Both the position numbers and the translations under genes were made by a program. A stretch of 64,000 bases of DNA from Rebecca billardiae RCC1528 (lineage: Eukaryota > Protista > Haptophyta), in NCBI GenBank assembly GCA_965240325.2, contig OZ251235.1:310001-374000 (forward strand), written 5' to 3'. The notes below the pieces were generated by a model. It worked only from the letters and a program-made list of their open reading frames with translations, did not search any database and was not told the origin of the DNA. The number at the start of each line of letters is the position of its first letter. The first letter of the stretch is position 1. Positions 1-11,021 of the stretch are shown piece after piece.

Positions 1-1089
1 CAGCTGTGAGTTGTGACACTGCCTGAGTTGGGCAGCAGAGTTGATGGCGGGGCCGCCCGCGGGTCGTAACGTCCGCGACGTCGCGGGCCGGGGGCTCGTG
101 GCAGGCGCCGCGGGCATACGGTTAGTTTATAGTTAGGGCTTAGGGGCCAGTTGTCGGCCGCTAAGGGGGCCGAGGGCGTTATTGCTGCGTCGTAGTGGGG
201 TCAGAGCTCCGACCGTTACACTCCCGAGTGACACAATCTCCCGAAATCTCGAAATGATGTGATCCAATATCTCCTCTATTTATAACTGTTTGAGTCCGTT
301 TAAGTTCGTTTAGGCCTAATTCCAGGGTGTAGAATCCGCCTGTGCCAATTTCAGAATGCCAAAATGTGATCTAGCCGGTGCGATTCTGGTATGCAAATAG
401 CGAGAGCACTGTGGAGATCGTGTATCTCCCCTACTATAACTATTACTAACAACTGATGTTGCCGAGATCGCGTCGCGAGATTGAGGTCGTATGACGACAT
501 TTTTTCGCAATAAAACTTATCATCAGCGTGACCCCAGGTCATTTCAGGCGAATATTGACATCCCGAAGTTTGAGAGCCTCATCTCAAGACGACAGAAAGT
601 TGGATTTTGGGCCACACACCCCGCACAGTGGGGCTCTGACCCGGCTCCGCGTACCGCGTATTGCTGCGGCGCCATCGTCGTATAACGTCGTCAGTCATCA
701 GTCAGGAATCAGGGCCCACTCATAAAGTCTTGGCTTGGCATGAAGTCATCAGTCAGAGTGAGTCACGCCGGGGCCGGGCAGGCCGGCGGCTAGCTCTCCG
801 AAGAGCCTTGCGGACCGCGGCCGCGGCGGACCGCCGCGTCACGCGTGCAGCGGGACGGCTGAAGCCACGCTGCAACTCCTACAACTTGGCATTGATGCGC
901 TGCAAATGGTTATTCAGTCCATGCGTGATGGTTGCGAAACGTGCCGCACAGAGAGCGCCCAGGGGAACTGCGGCAAACGATGGCATACATGGCATGTGCA
1001 TGCATGGGATGTTGGTCGCTTGACTCGGTGATGTGAAGAACGGGCTCGAGATGCGAGGAAAATTTTTTTAACCCAGGAGCTGGCCGGTT

Positions 1090-1584
1090 TTACTCATCCG
1101 CGCCGCTGGGCGGTGCCTGTAGCTGGCCCTTCTTCTTCATTCGCGCCTGCTTGCGCGTGAGCGGCACATTCCATTCCTGATCCCACACAAAATACGAGCC
1201 GCCCTTGAAGCCCCTGTAGTCCTCCTCTGCGTTCGCAGATCGCGGGTCGGCTTTCTTCATCTCGTCCTTGTTGCCGTAGAAGTTGCTCTTGCGCTTGCCG
1301 TAGAAGTTTGCGCCGTTGCCCAGCTTACGGTCCATGGCATCGTCCACGAGGTCGTCCAGGCCTTGCAGCATGCGGCCGAAGAAGCCAGGCTTCTCCTCCA
1401 TGACGATGGGCGCACGAGCCCTCCTCTGCCCCCTCGCGGTGACGCCACAGCAGGGCAGCGCACCAGTGCCACGCGAAGTGGTCGTGTGGACCATCTGCCT
1501 GCCGAGCACCGTGCTTGCAGGCACCACGGAGGCCCCGGCTCCGGCCGCGAGCAGCAACCCCGCTGCGAGCATCTTCATCGTCAT
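1090..1584 (-). CDS. Hypothetical protein, probably plastid-targeted (signal peptide plus transit-like region)
   Basis: ATG at 1584 gives MTMKMLAAGLLLAAGAGAS (hydrophobic signal), then an R/T-rich transit-like stretch and a non-low-complexity C-terminus (DDAMDRKLGNGANFYGKRKSNFYG). Confidence 0.65.
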   Translation of the reverse strand: MTMKMLAAGLLLAAGAGASVVPASTVLGRQMVHTTTSRGTGALPCCGVTARGQRRARAPIVMEEKPGFFGRMLQGLDDLVDDAMDRKLGNGANFYGKRKSNFYGNKDEMKKADPRSANAEEDYRGFKGGSYFVWDQEWNVPLTRKQARMKKKGQLQAPPSGADE

Positions 1585-1986
1585 GATTCTTCCGCGCGAT
1601 GGGCAGTGCGGGCGTGCGGCGAAAGTTCCAATCCGGCCGGTGGCCCGCGGCTTGTGACTCAAACCCCTGAAGGGCGGCACCGTGCCCCCGGTGCCGCTGC
1701 GAGCGGACCTCGCGAGCGTCCCCACTCCCCGCGGTGGCGCTACTCCCACCGCGCCGCGGCCGCAGGCTCCGCAGTCCGGGCGTGAGTGGCGTGAGTCCGC
1801 ACGGCCACGCGGTCGCGGGGGGCGCCGCGCCGCCCGCACTCCGGCAGCCGGCCGTGCCGACGACGGCATCCGCGCCGATTAATGAGCAGTTATACGACGA
1901 GTGACACTTTATTATGAACTCGAACTTGATGTGTAAATATTATTACAGTATAGTTATGGCGCTATAAGCTATATATATACTACTGT

Positions 1987-2112
1987 GAACGAATATTCCG
2001 GCGGCGCTACCATCGGCGACGGCTTCATGGGCGGTGACAGTTGGCTCATGGCTGGCGTCAATCTCGCCTGCCTGAGCTGTGTGCCGGTCCGTCTTATTCT
2101 TAGTAAACTGTA
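1987..2112 (+). repeat. Dispersed repeat family C, MITE-like end (copies at about 25581-25636 plus, 54979-55099 minus, and a fragment at about 52211-52237)
   Basis: Shared ATCTCGCCTGCCTGAGCTGTGTGC...ATTCTTAGTAAACTGT. Confidence 0.8.
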
Positions 2113-3003
2113 CTACTATTATAACGACTATTTTAAATTTATTATCTGACAGACTGACTATTAGCTAGCGCATGCTGGTTATTAATATCGATCGGACGCC
2201 ACACTCGGCACACTCGGACTGACTGACACGGCACACGCAGTCGTGACCGGACGGCCCGGCCGGACCGGCCGACGGCGACTGGCGGCGACGGGCCCGGCGG
2301 CGTCGCGGGCGGCGAGTTACGACGCGGCCCGCCCAGGGTGACGGGCCCGACAGCGACGGCCCGGGCCGACGGGTCGGCCGTAACGTGACCCGCGCAAACT
2401 GGCTTCCGACCGGCTTGGACCGCAAGTTCCGTCGCCCGCCGCACGGCTAGTGACGGCTCACGGACGGCGGTTCAGGCGGTTGGCGCCGAGCTGGCACGGC
2501 TCTGAGACTGAGTGCTCCGTGTGGACCCGTGCACTCGGTGAGTCGGTGACTCTTCAGCGGAATCAGCGGCCCGCCCGGCCGACTCGTTACTGACCTGAAG
2601 TGACCGACTCTACCGTACCGGGACCGTTCTGCGGCGCTCGGCCGCATTCGGACTATAATGCTGACGATGACTTCGTCGCCATGGTGTCCTGTCATGCCCA
2701 TGCTCATGGATGCTGACTGAATGAATTTTGATGCGGCGAGCTCGAAGCGGCGGCGCCGCTGCCCCTCGCAATTATTATGGCATGTTGAGCGACCAGAGAT
2801 CGAGAGGCGTCTCGCAAGCTGCCTCGCAAGTCAAAGGGCTTCCGTGTGAAATGGGCTCCGCACGAGGCATGGGTTCGCGTTGGGGCACGGTTCACGGCGA
2901 CCATGCCGCTGAGCAAGCCGTGGCCGGCCGCGCTGTCGAGGCGTGCGGGGCGGGCACGGTCGCCACACCGTGCACGCAGCGGCGCGCAGACGCGCGTCGT
3001 AGC

Positions 3004-3744
3004 TTAATTCTTCTCGGGCTCGATGAGGCCGACCCCGCCCTCCTTGCGCTTGTAGATGACGTTCACCTCGGAGGTGTCGGCATTTCGGAACACGTAAAAG
3101 TCGTGGTCGATGTACTCCAGGCACAGCAGCGCATCGTCGATCGTCTGCGGCGGCATGGGGAAGCTCTTCCGCCGGACGAGGCTGGCGGCGTCCAGCGCAT
3201 CGGGGTCCTCGTAATCAGACGAGTCCTCGGCCTCAACCACCTCCGGCGTGGGCGGGGCTCGCATCGCGGCCTTCGAGCCGAACTTACGTTCCTTGAGCTT
3301 GCGCAGCTTACGATCAAGCTTCGCCGAGACTAGGTCGATCGAGCTGTACATCGTCTCTGAGCGCTCAGCCGCGCGGAGCACGACGCCTTTGGAGAAGACC
3401 ACCACCTCACACATGTGCGGCTCCGAGATGCGCTGGTTGAGGAGCACGGAGAGGTGGGTGTCGCAGCGCTGGACGAGCGTGCCGTACTTGCTCACGACCG
3501 CACCGATCTTCTTCTCCACGTAGTCGCGCATCGAGTCCGTCATGTCGATGTTGTTCGCCGAGATCTCCACCAACGGCGAGCTCATCGTAGCAACCGGCTT
3601 CGTGGCGAGCGCAGGAGAGTGCACCGCACGGCTCGTCGCGAGGCGCGTCACGGGAGCGCGAAGCGCAGACCCTAGCATGCTCCAGCCGTGCGCGCCGCCC
3701 GCGCACGCCACCATCAGCACCGTTAGTCGGCGGGCAGACATCAT
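3004..3744 (-). CDS. PSRP1: Plastid ribosome hibernation factor (PSRP1 / long HPF, S30AE family)
   Basis: Motifs NIDMTDSMRDYVEKKIG, MYSSIDLVSAKLDRKLRKLKER and the C-terminal VRRKSFPMPPQTIDDAL...DHDFYVFRN...NVIYKRKEGGVGLIEP; bipartite N-terminal targeting sequence. Confidence 0.92.
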   Translation of the reverse strand: MMSARRLTVLMVACAGGAHGWSMLGSALRAPVTRLATSRAVHSPALATKPVATMSSPLVEISANNIDMTDSMRDYVEKKIGAVVSKYGTLVQRCDTHLSVLLNQRISEPHMCEVVVFSKGVVLRAAERSETMYSSIDLVSAKLDRKLRKLKERKFGSKAAMRAPPTPEVVEAEDSSDYEDPDALDAASLVRRKSFPMPPQTIDDALLCLEYIDHDFYVFRNADTSEVNVIYKRKEGGVGLIEPEKN

Positions 3745-4205
3745 GGCGTCGGGAGTGCTCGTGCGGCTCCGCGCGCGATTGGCCGTCCGCGCTTCGGCGA
3801 GCACGCGGCTCGCGAGCGCGACTCATCCGGCGGATTTCGTCAATCTCGTCAGGAACGGAAGAACGGTGGTCCGGACGGAGCATTGACTGTACCTCCCGGA
3901 CCAGCATCCACGGCGCGCTCGCTGGCGGCTGGCGCGGGCGCAGCTGCACCGAAAGCCTTTTGCCCAGGAAGCAAAGCGGTCGGAAAGCCTTTTGCTCATC
4001 GACTCGGGCCCGTGCTAGTGGAGGGTGGCCCGCCCCCCCCCCCCGCTCCGGCCCTGCTCCTCAGGCCGGGAGGGGTGAGGCCCGCCTCGCACGGGCACGC
4101 GGCGCGGAGCTCAGGCGACCGCGGGCGCGTTCGAGGCGTACGCTACTGCGCGACCCCGCACACCCGCAGCCCTCGACGGGCTTCGCGGCACCTCGGCCGC
4201 GCGGC

Positions 4206-5774
4206 ATGCTCGAATATCCGCAGCGCCAACGCGCCAACAGCGTGAGCGGCGCGATCCGCGACACAACCGCACGGGCGATTGACGGGGCCCGCGAGGCGCT
4301 CAAGCTGGAGGACAGCAAGAGTCTCAAGATCGATGCGGATTCCTCGCCTGCGGAGTTCAAGGAGTGGATCCGCAAGGTGCCGCACCAGCTCCAAGAACTT
4401 GTCGACGTGCTTGCCCGCCCGCAATCTGGCTCGTCGGGCAGCCGGAACCAGATCCAGGGGCAGTTCGTGCCGCGCGCGGCGCAGTACATCGCCACGGACT
4501 CGCTGATCCACGGCGTCGTCTACTTCGCGCGCTACCTCGCCTCGAAAAGCACCCACGAGCAGGCGGAGCTGCTGCAGCCGCAGGCGCTCATGCTCACCTT
4601 TGCGACCTCAATGGTGCTCGCCGACAAGTTCGCGAACGACGACGCGTACGACGACCTCCTCCCCGCGGTGGGCATCGTCACGGGCATCCAGCCCAAGACC
4701 CTCCGCCGCAAGGAGGTCGAGCTCCTCGGCTTCCTCATCAACACCTCGGGCATGTTTGTCTCGGAGTCGGAGTTTGAGTCGATTGTCTACCTGCTCGAGG
4801 AGAGCCCGTGGCGCAGGCTCAAGCGGGACGGCACGCTGTCGCTCCTGTGCAAGACGGCGCGCGAGCACACGGGCGTGGCCGACCTGCACGAGCAGCTCTT
4901 CACGGCCAACGTGCGCGTCAAGAACACCGGGCTGACCAAGTCCCTCAAGGTGTTCAGCGACTACGTGCGCACAAACAGGCCGCGCCTCGGCTCGTTTGCT
5001 GAGCGCAAGGAGGCGCTGCGCCCCAACTCCGGCCCGGCACACTCGCGGCAGGCCGGCGCGTTGGAGCGGTCGCACACCTTCGATGAGAACGCAGCTCCGT
5101 GGCCGTCGCGGAACAGCAGCGCGCAGCCCGCAGAACCCCCGGGCAGCCATGCAGACAGCTCGTTCTCAAACGGCCGGGGCGCCGAGGTCGGCGGCAGCTT
5201 CAAGGGCTCCGCTACCGGCGGCGGCGGGAGCCATCAACAAGGCCGCCGCATGTCGCTGCCACAGCTGGGCGGGCGCGGAAAGCAGTCGACCGGATCCGCA
5301 CCCGCGTCGCCGGCTCCCATGCGCCGCTCCTTCTTCGGCCTGCTCGCGCGCCCTGCCAAATCGCGCAGCTCGTCGAAGGAGCAACCGGAGGTGTCGCCGC
5401 GCGCCCTCGGGCACTTGTCGCCGAGCCCGCCGAAGCTGTCTGCGAGTGCCGGCAGCAGCACCGGCGCGACGCCAACCAAACGGAGCGTTCCGCTGACGTC
5501 CCCCACGGGTCTTGCGAGCAACTTCGCTGGGATTATGGCGCCGGCTGCGCGCGCTGCAGAGGAGGAGCCCGCGCCTCTGCCCACGCTCAGCGAGGAGAAG
5601 GAGGAAGGGCACGTGGGGCAGCAGACGGTCGACCAGAAGCTCAACCAGGCGATCGCGCAAACGAGGCCCGTGAAAGCCAAGTCGGAGACGACCTCGCGCC
5701 GCGCCAGTGCTCCGACGTCGAAGGTGAACTCTGCCGGTGGGTCCCCACGCAAGCCAACCGCCGCGGTTACGTAG
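4206..5774 (+). CDS. Cyclin-like protein (PHO80/P-U-type cyclin box) with a long disordered C-terminus
   Basis: TFATSMVLADKFANDDAYDD...GIQPKTLRRKEVELL resembles the cyclin_N core (LASKFxDD); S/P-rich tail. Start at first ATG 4206. Confidence 0.6.
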   Translation: MLEYPQRQRANSVSGAIRDTTARAIDGAREALKLEDSKSLKIDADSSPAEFKEWIRKVPHQLQELVDVLARPQSGSSGSRNQIQGQFVPRAAQYIATDSLIHGVVYFARYLASKSTHEQAELLQPQALMLTFATSMVLADKFANDDAYDDLLPAVGIVTGIQPKTLRRKEVELLGFLINTSGMFVSESEFESIVYLLEESPWRRLKRDGTLSLLCKTAREHTGVADLHEQLFTANVRVKNTGLTKSLKVFSDYVRTNRPRLGSFAERKEALRPNSGPAHSRQAGALERSHTFDENAAPWPSRNSSAQPAEPPGSHADSSFSNGRGAEVGGSFKGSATGGGGSHQQGRRMSLPQLGGRGKQSTGSAPASPAPMRRSFFGLLARPAKSRSSSKEQPEVSPRALGHLSPSPPKLSASAGSSTGATPTKRSVPLTSPTGLASNFAGIMAPAARAAEEEPAPLPTLSEEKEEGHVGQQTVDQKLNQAIAQTRPVKAKSETTSRRASAPTSKVNSAGGSPRKPTAAVT

Positions 5775-6718
5775 GCGCCGCGGCTCCTGCCCTGACTGAG
5801 TGCCGCTGACGCCGCCCGGGGACGGGGTCACTCGGAGGCCGGCTCGTGGCGGCGGGATCGTGGTCGTGGAGGTGAGCCCGTGAGCCCGCGACCGTCTGTC
5901 GGTCTGTGGTATCCGGCGCCATCATGCATCCGATGCACGGCGGCTGGTGGCGTGATCCGACGATGACTATACTACACTAAATATTCAGATCGAACGCGCG
6001 CGCGAGCCGAGAGCAGCTGGTGGCTCGGCCCCGACTCGGCCACTCGGGCACTCTGGCTCCGCGAGGCCCACCGTGGCCCCGCACGACCCGAGTCCATACA
6101 CTCACTCACACTGTCACTGACAGGGGCCTGCCAGTGAGGACAGAGTCAGTGAGTGAGGTCGGCTCGGACCGGCCGGCTCGGAGACGGACTGAGGACGGTA
6201 AGCTACCGCGACTGCTAATAAGCTATATATATAGCAGCTTATGATTTAATAAAACTGATGGTTAACTGCTCTTCGGACCAGTGCTGACTGCTGGCACCTC
6301 CGGCTCCGGTCCTGGTCCGAGACCGAGTTCGGCCGACTCGGGAGTCGGGCCGACTGGCGCAGGCGCGGCAGTCAGGCGACTGCCCGGGACTGGCGACTCT
6401 CGGAATAATTAATCAGCAGCATCAGACTGACTGAATGGCGACGACGACAGCAGCATCCCGACTTCGTGTCGACGATCGGGCACTGCCGCCGACGAATCAG
6501 GAGACCCGCGTCGTCCTACCTGTGTCGTTAAATCATAGAATGAGTAGTCTGCAGCTCGCTGCTGTCGGCCGCATCCGCTGCACGGGCCATTAACCACTAA
6601 TAATACTAATAATAGCCAGGGTGCCGCCGGGATTCTGCCCGGGTCCCGCGCCCGCGGAGTCGTCAGCGCTCACCGCTCCGCGCACGAGACAGTCCGTATA
6701 ACCGTTATAGGCGGCGTA

Positions 6719-6824
<106 letters not shown>

Positions 6825-6924
6825 ACACTGCATGATGAGTACCGAGACGACGACCAACGCCGCATCACAGTCTCAGACGGCGTAGTCGCCATAGCTCGCT
6901 CGTCCTCCACCCGCGCCGGCGTGC

Positions 6925-9240
6925 TTAAGGCCCCGGCAGCGCCTGCCACTCCGTTTTGAACGTGCGGCCCCAGCGGTCGGTGTGCGGCAGCACGTCGGCC
7001 CAAATGTCGTAGAAGAAGTGGCCGGGCTTGCCCGGCGCCGGCGGCGACGTGCAGCACCACCCGCCCGTGAGCCATTTGGTGGTAGTCTCGAACTTCTCCG
7101 CCGTCGCTGCGTCATCGAAGCGCACGTCGAAGTGCGCGAGCGAGCGCACGCGCAGCAGCGGCGCGTCTGCGTGCGCGCGCAGCTGCTCGCGAACGCTCTG
7201 GTCGCTCAGCCGCGGCGTGCCGTCCGAGGTGCGCAGCGTGATGTTGGCCGCGGGGCGCGAGCGGTCGAGCAGCTCGCGCGTTGGCGAGCGGCAGGCGGGG
7301 AGCGCACACGCACGCGCCAGAGGCGACGTCGAGGCCCTCGCAGCAGTCCCACCCGCTTTGCCCGCGGCGTGCGCGTCGGCAGTCGCGCCGCCCGCGGCAC
7401 CCGCACCAGCGGCCACGCTGCCGCGCGGTGCGACGCGCACGTCCACGGCCACCTCGACGTGCGCCGCGGCGAGCGCGTGCGCGAGCGCCTCGCGGCGCGC
7501 GCTCTCGACGAAGGAGTACTCGACGGTGCGGATGGCGAGCTGCGGCTGCGGGCCGGACGGCGGGCGGCCCGCCCAGTAGTGCATGCGCAGCACGTGGTCG
7601 GTCGGACAAAGGTAGGGCAGCGTCATGTTGCAGTTATGGCAGCGCACGCCCGAGTGAGCAAAGTTGGTCGTCGTCTCGAGGCCGCAGAGCAGGCGCGGCA
7701 GGATGAGCGTGCGGTTGGTGCTCACGGCGAGCGCGAGCGCGACGCGCAGCTGGCGCAGCTGGTGGTTCATCAGCCGCCAGTGCCGGTGCAGCACCGGACT
7801 GTCCACGGCCAAGTTGCCGCGCACAGGCGCAAAGTCGGCCGTGATCTCGGCCGGGAGGTCGACGTCGTACCACAGGAAGCGCGAGCCCGCGTACGCGGTG
7901 GGGCGCACGACGTCGGCGGGCGCGGGCGCGGGCGCGAGCATCTCGACGTCGGGCGGCCCGAGCCACAGATTCGACTCGCGCAGCCGCGAGCGCTTCCCCG
8001 GCGAGTCGCAGTTGACGAAGGTGACGTGGACCGCGTACGGCCGCACGCCAAACCGCTCGTGCAGCCGCTGCACAAAGAACGTGTGTCCCGAGGCGAACAG
8101 GTGGACGGGGAGGATGCCCAGCTTGACGCGGCCGTTGAACGCGCTCGCGTAGATGGGCGTGTCGCCCTTGTACACTGAGCCGCCCCGTCGCAGCACCTCG
8201 TTCAGCGCCGACTGGTCATTCTTCCAGTTCGCAAAGAAACGATCGTCCTTCATCTTCTCCACCCAAGCGTCGACGGCCGCGACCGCCGCCTCCGACGGCC
8301 GCACCCAAAAATAGCCTGTGTTGAGCTCGGGGCCGAAGGACGCCCTGGGCGACTCGAGCGGCGCTGCGGGCCCGTCGACGCCGCGCGACGCCGTCGACGC
8401 GACCAGCGCGTCCGAGTGCATCAGCAGGTCGGCGCCTTCGGCAGCGGCGCGCGCGAGGAAGGGCAGCGGGTCGCGGAGCGTGATCGCGTCGAGATCGCAA
8501 AAGAGCAGCGCGCTCGCGTTCAGGGCGAGGATCGACTGGACAAGCGCGCCCTTCGTGCGGCCCATCGCGGCGAAACCGCTCGAGCCCCACTTCGCCTCCG
8601 TCACCGGCATGCTCGAGCGCACCATCGCGCAGCGGATGCGGCGCGCCACGAGCTCGTCGCGCAAAGCCGTGTCCGTGCAGCCGACAAAAAAGTTGTCCAG
8701 GCCGGCCTCGCGCAGGTGGGCGACCCAGTTGAGCACGAAGTCGAGGTGGTTCGAGTTGGCGAAGGTGGCAATGACCGTCCCGTTCCGCGCGAGCCTGCGC
8801 ACGGACTCGGCTGTCAGAACGATCTCAGCTGGCTCGTCCGTTCGCGCCGCAGCCGGCTCCCGCTGCAGCTCGTGCGAGACGCCACCGGGCTCGAACGCGG
8901 AGCTCGACGAGTGTGGGTTGTCACCGCGCGTGCCGGATGCGAGCGCTGGCGTACGTGTGATGCCGTCCGCAGCGGGGCCGGCCTGCCCGCCAGCCGCCCG
9001 TGCGGAGGCCTGCGTCTCGGCGTCCGCCTCGCGACCGAGCCGGTCCGCAGTGCTGATCGCGCGAGCGTTTCTCAGGATGTCCCCCGTGTCTGCCACGGTG
9101 AGCGCCGATGACGCCCATAGTCCGAGGCTTGCACGCTGCGCGCGCAGCATGATGCCGACGATGGCGAGGAGCACGATCACGTACAGGCCACGCGACGTGC
9201 GCATCGGCCGATTTGGCGGCGGGGCCGCGGGTGCCGCCAT
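6925..9240 (-). CDS. GT77 nucleotide-diphospho-sugar transferase, XEG113-like arabinosyltransferase (type II membrane)
   Basis: N-terminal TM (GLYVIVLLAIVGIML), DFVLNWV, DxD motif (CDLDAITLRDP), LNTGYFWVR, NDQSALN, HVTF..GKRSRLRE..LW, and C-terminal WCC..PGH..YD. Start may be 9204. Confidence 0.82.
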   Translation of the reverse strand: MAAPAAPPPNRPMRTSRGLYVIVLLAIVGIMLRAQRASLGLWASSALTVADTGDILRNARAISTADRLGREADAETQASARAAGGQAGPAADGITRTPALASGTRGDNPHSSSSAFEPGGVSHELQREPAAARTDEPAEIVLTAESVRRLARNGTVIATFANSNHLDFVLNWVAHLREAGLDNFFVGCTDTALRDELVARRIRCAMVRSSMPVTEAKWGSSGFAAMGRTKGALVQSILALNASALLFCDLDAITLRDPLPFLARAAAEGADLLMHSDALVASTASRGVDGPAAPLESPRASFGPELNTGYFWVRPSEAAVAAVDAWVEKMKDDRFFANWKNDQSALNEVLRRGGSVYKGDTPIYASAFNGRVKLGILPVHLFASGHTFFVQRLHERFGVRPYAVHVTFVNCDSPGKRSRLRESNLWLGPPDVEMLAPAPAPADVVRPTAYAGSRFLWYDVDLPAEITADFAPVRGNLAVDSPVLHRHWRLMNHQLRQLRVALALAVSTNRTLILPRLLCGLETTTNFAHSGVRCHNCNMTLPYLCPTDHVLRMHYWAGRPPSGPQPQLAIRTVEYSFVESARREALAHALAAAHVEVAVDVRVAPRGSVAAGAGAAGGATADAHAAGKAGGTAARASTSPLARACALPACRSPTRELLDRSRPAANITLRTSDGTPRLSDQSVREQLRAHADAPLLRVRSLAHFDVRFDDAATAEKFETTTKWLTGGWCCTSPPAPGKPGHFFYDIWADVLPHTDRWGRTFKTEWQALPGP

Positions 9241-9269
9241 TCTGTGTCGTCGTGGATATCGGATCCACG

Positions 9270-10538
9270 ATGGCGGGATTGGCGGCGCCTCTCGTCGCAC
9301 TGGACTGCGAGATGATTGAGCTAGAGAAGCCGCGGAGCATGGTGGCGGCGCGTGTGGCGATGGTGGACCAGGCGGGCGAGACCGTACTCGACTGTTTCGT
9401 CCGCCACGACATCTCCGCCGTGCGCAGCTTCCACACGCAGTACTCTGGTATTCGCGAGGAGCACGTGGACGGTTCATCCGGCGAGGCGGTCAGCCTCGCG
9501 CAGGCGCGCGACGCCGTCGTGCGACACGCAAAAGGGCGCGTGCTAGTAGCGCACAACCTGCCATCCGACCTGCGCGCCCTCTCGCTCGCGCTGCACGAGC
9601 TCGACGGGTGCGCGGGCACCATAGACACGGCGGCGCTAGATTGGGGGGAGCGCGAGCGCAACCTGCGCGCCCTCGCGGACGAGCTGCTCGACCTGATGAT
9701 CCAGACCTCGGAGCACTCGCCCGTCGAGGACGCGCTCGCCTGCCTGCGTCTCGCCGAGCTGCACGCGCGCGCGGGCACACCGCCGCTGCCGTCCGTCACC
9801 GTGCGCGTGGAGAAGGCCAAACCCGCCGATCCCGCCGAGCTCTCCATCCGCTGGTGCCGGAGCGAGCTCGTCGCCCTGCTACGTGCCGAGCTGCTCCCTG
9901 TCGGCGATGGCCGGGGCGCCCTTCAAGCGGAGGTGCCGCCGTTGGGCGCGCCGGCGGGCGCGCCTGCCGACGAGCCCTCCGGCGAGACACCTGCAGAGGC
10001 GGCTGGTGCTGAGCACGCTGCACGTGCGCTGTCCGTGGCTTTCCCGCCAAGCCTGCGCAAGGCGCAGCGCAAGCTTGTCCATGACGTCGCAGCGGAGTTC
10101 AGCCTCAGCTCGCACTCCCAGGGCGTCGGCTCGCAGCGCGCCGTGCTCGTCGCACGCCCTCAAGATGCTAACGTCGCCGCGGCTGCGGGGCACGAACGGC
10201 GTCATGGGCGCAGGCGCGGCAGGGGGCGGGGACGAGGCCGAGACGGCGACAGGCAATCGGCAGTCTCCCTCCCGGACGAGGCGGAGGCTCTTGCGACACG
10301 CTTGTACCGCTGCGCGCAGGAGGAGGGCGGTGCGGTCGCGCGGTACTCACACGACGAAATCCGAGAGCTTGTCAGTGAGCAGGCACGCGGAGGCAGTGGC
10401 TGCGAAGAGCCTGGACGACCGCCTGCCGATGCGCCGCCGCCATGTGTCTTCCCAGACGATCTGCAACGTTTGGCGGAGGAGCAGCTGCTACTCGGCAAAA
10501 TCACTTCGCTGACGATGATGCATACGAGTACGCACTGA
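9270..10538 (+). CDS. REX4-like DEDDh 3'-5' exonuclease with C-terminal R3H domain
   Basis: ExoI ALDCEM, TQYSGI, ExoII HNLPSDL, ExoIII HSPVEDA; R3H FPPSLRKAQRKLVHDVAAEFSLSSHSQG. Confidence 0.8.
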   Translation: MAGLAAPLVALDCEMIELEKPRSMVAARVAMVDQAGETVLDCFVRHDISAVRSFHTQYSGIREEHVDGSSGEAVSLAQARDAVVRHAKGRVLVAHNLPSDLRALSLALHELDGCAGTIDTAALDWGERERNLRALADELLDLMIQTSEHSPVEDALACLRLAELHARAGTPPLPSVTVRVEKAKPADPAELSIRWCRSELVALLRAELLPVGDGRGALQAEVPPLGAPAGAPADEPSGETPAEAAGAEHAARALSVAFPPSLRKAQRKLVHDVAAEFSLSSHSQGVGSQRAVLVARPQDANVAAAAGHERRHGRRRGRGRGRGRDGDRQSAVSLPDEAEALATRLYRCAQEEGGAVARYSHDEIRELVSEQARGGSGCEEPGRPPADAPPPCVFPDDLQRLAEEQLLLGKITSLTMMHTSTH

Positions 10539-10592
10539 TATGGCATCTGCTATTTCGCGTCATCATATATATATATATATTTATTTATTTAT

Positions 10593-10819
10593 TAACGACG
10601 TGGCAGCATCGGACAAGCGTCAGGCGGCTCAGCCTGAGTGCAACAGACACATACTCATAGAATGCGTCCGCGCCTTCCGACCAGGTCAGACAGTGCGCCA
10701 CCCGCAGCCCTGCCCCCCTACGGGAGCGGGGCCGGGATGGAGCACCGCCTCGGCCTGGGGCACACGGCGGCGACGGCAGATGCCGCCGCGGCCGAGCGCC
10801 TTCCGGAGCACTTGGATGA
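10593..10819 (-). repeat. Dispersed repeat family A, shorter copy, next to a (TA)n tract
   Basis: Reverse complement of about 29421-29633 with a few small insertions. Confidence 0.85.
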
Positions 10820-11021
10820 TATGTACTTAATAAGCTGCTAGTTGAGTAGTTCGGCTGCATGAGACTTAGTCTTAGTAAGTTATTAGTCCGAAGAGATGAT
10901 GCCATGCATATGGGATATGCGGCCCGGCCGACTCCCCCTGGCGATGGAACTAATACGCATGTCACACTTCAATGATGATACATTTAATATAACTGCTGTT
11001 AGATCCGCGCCTAACTAGTGT

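Noticed and set aside
121-146. TTAGGG-like words
   Set aside because: Only two copies; not a telomeric array.
407-631. CACTGTG...CACAGTG pair resembling Transib/RSS ends
   Set aside because: Only a 7-bp match and no TSD.
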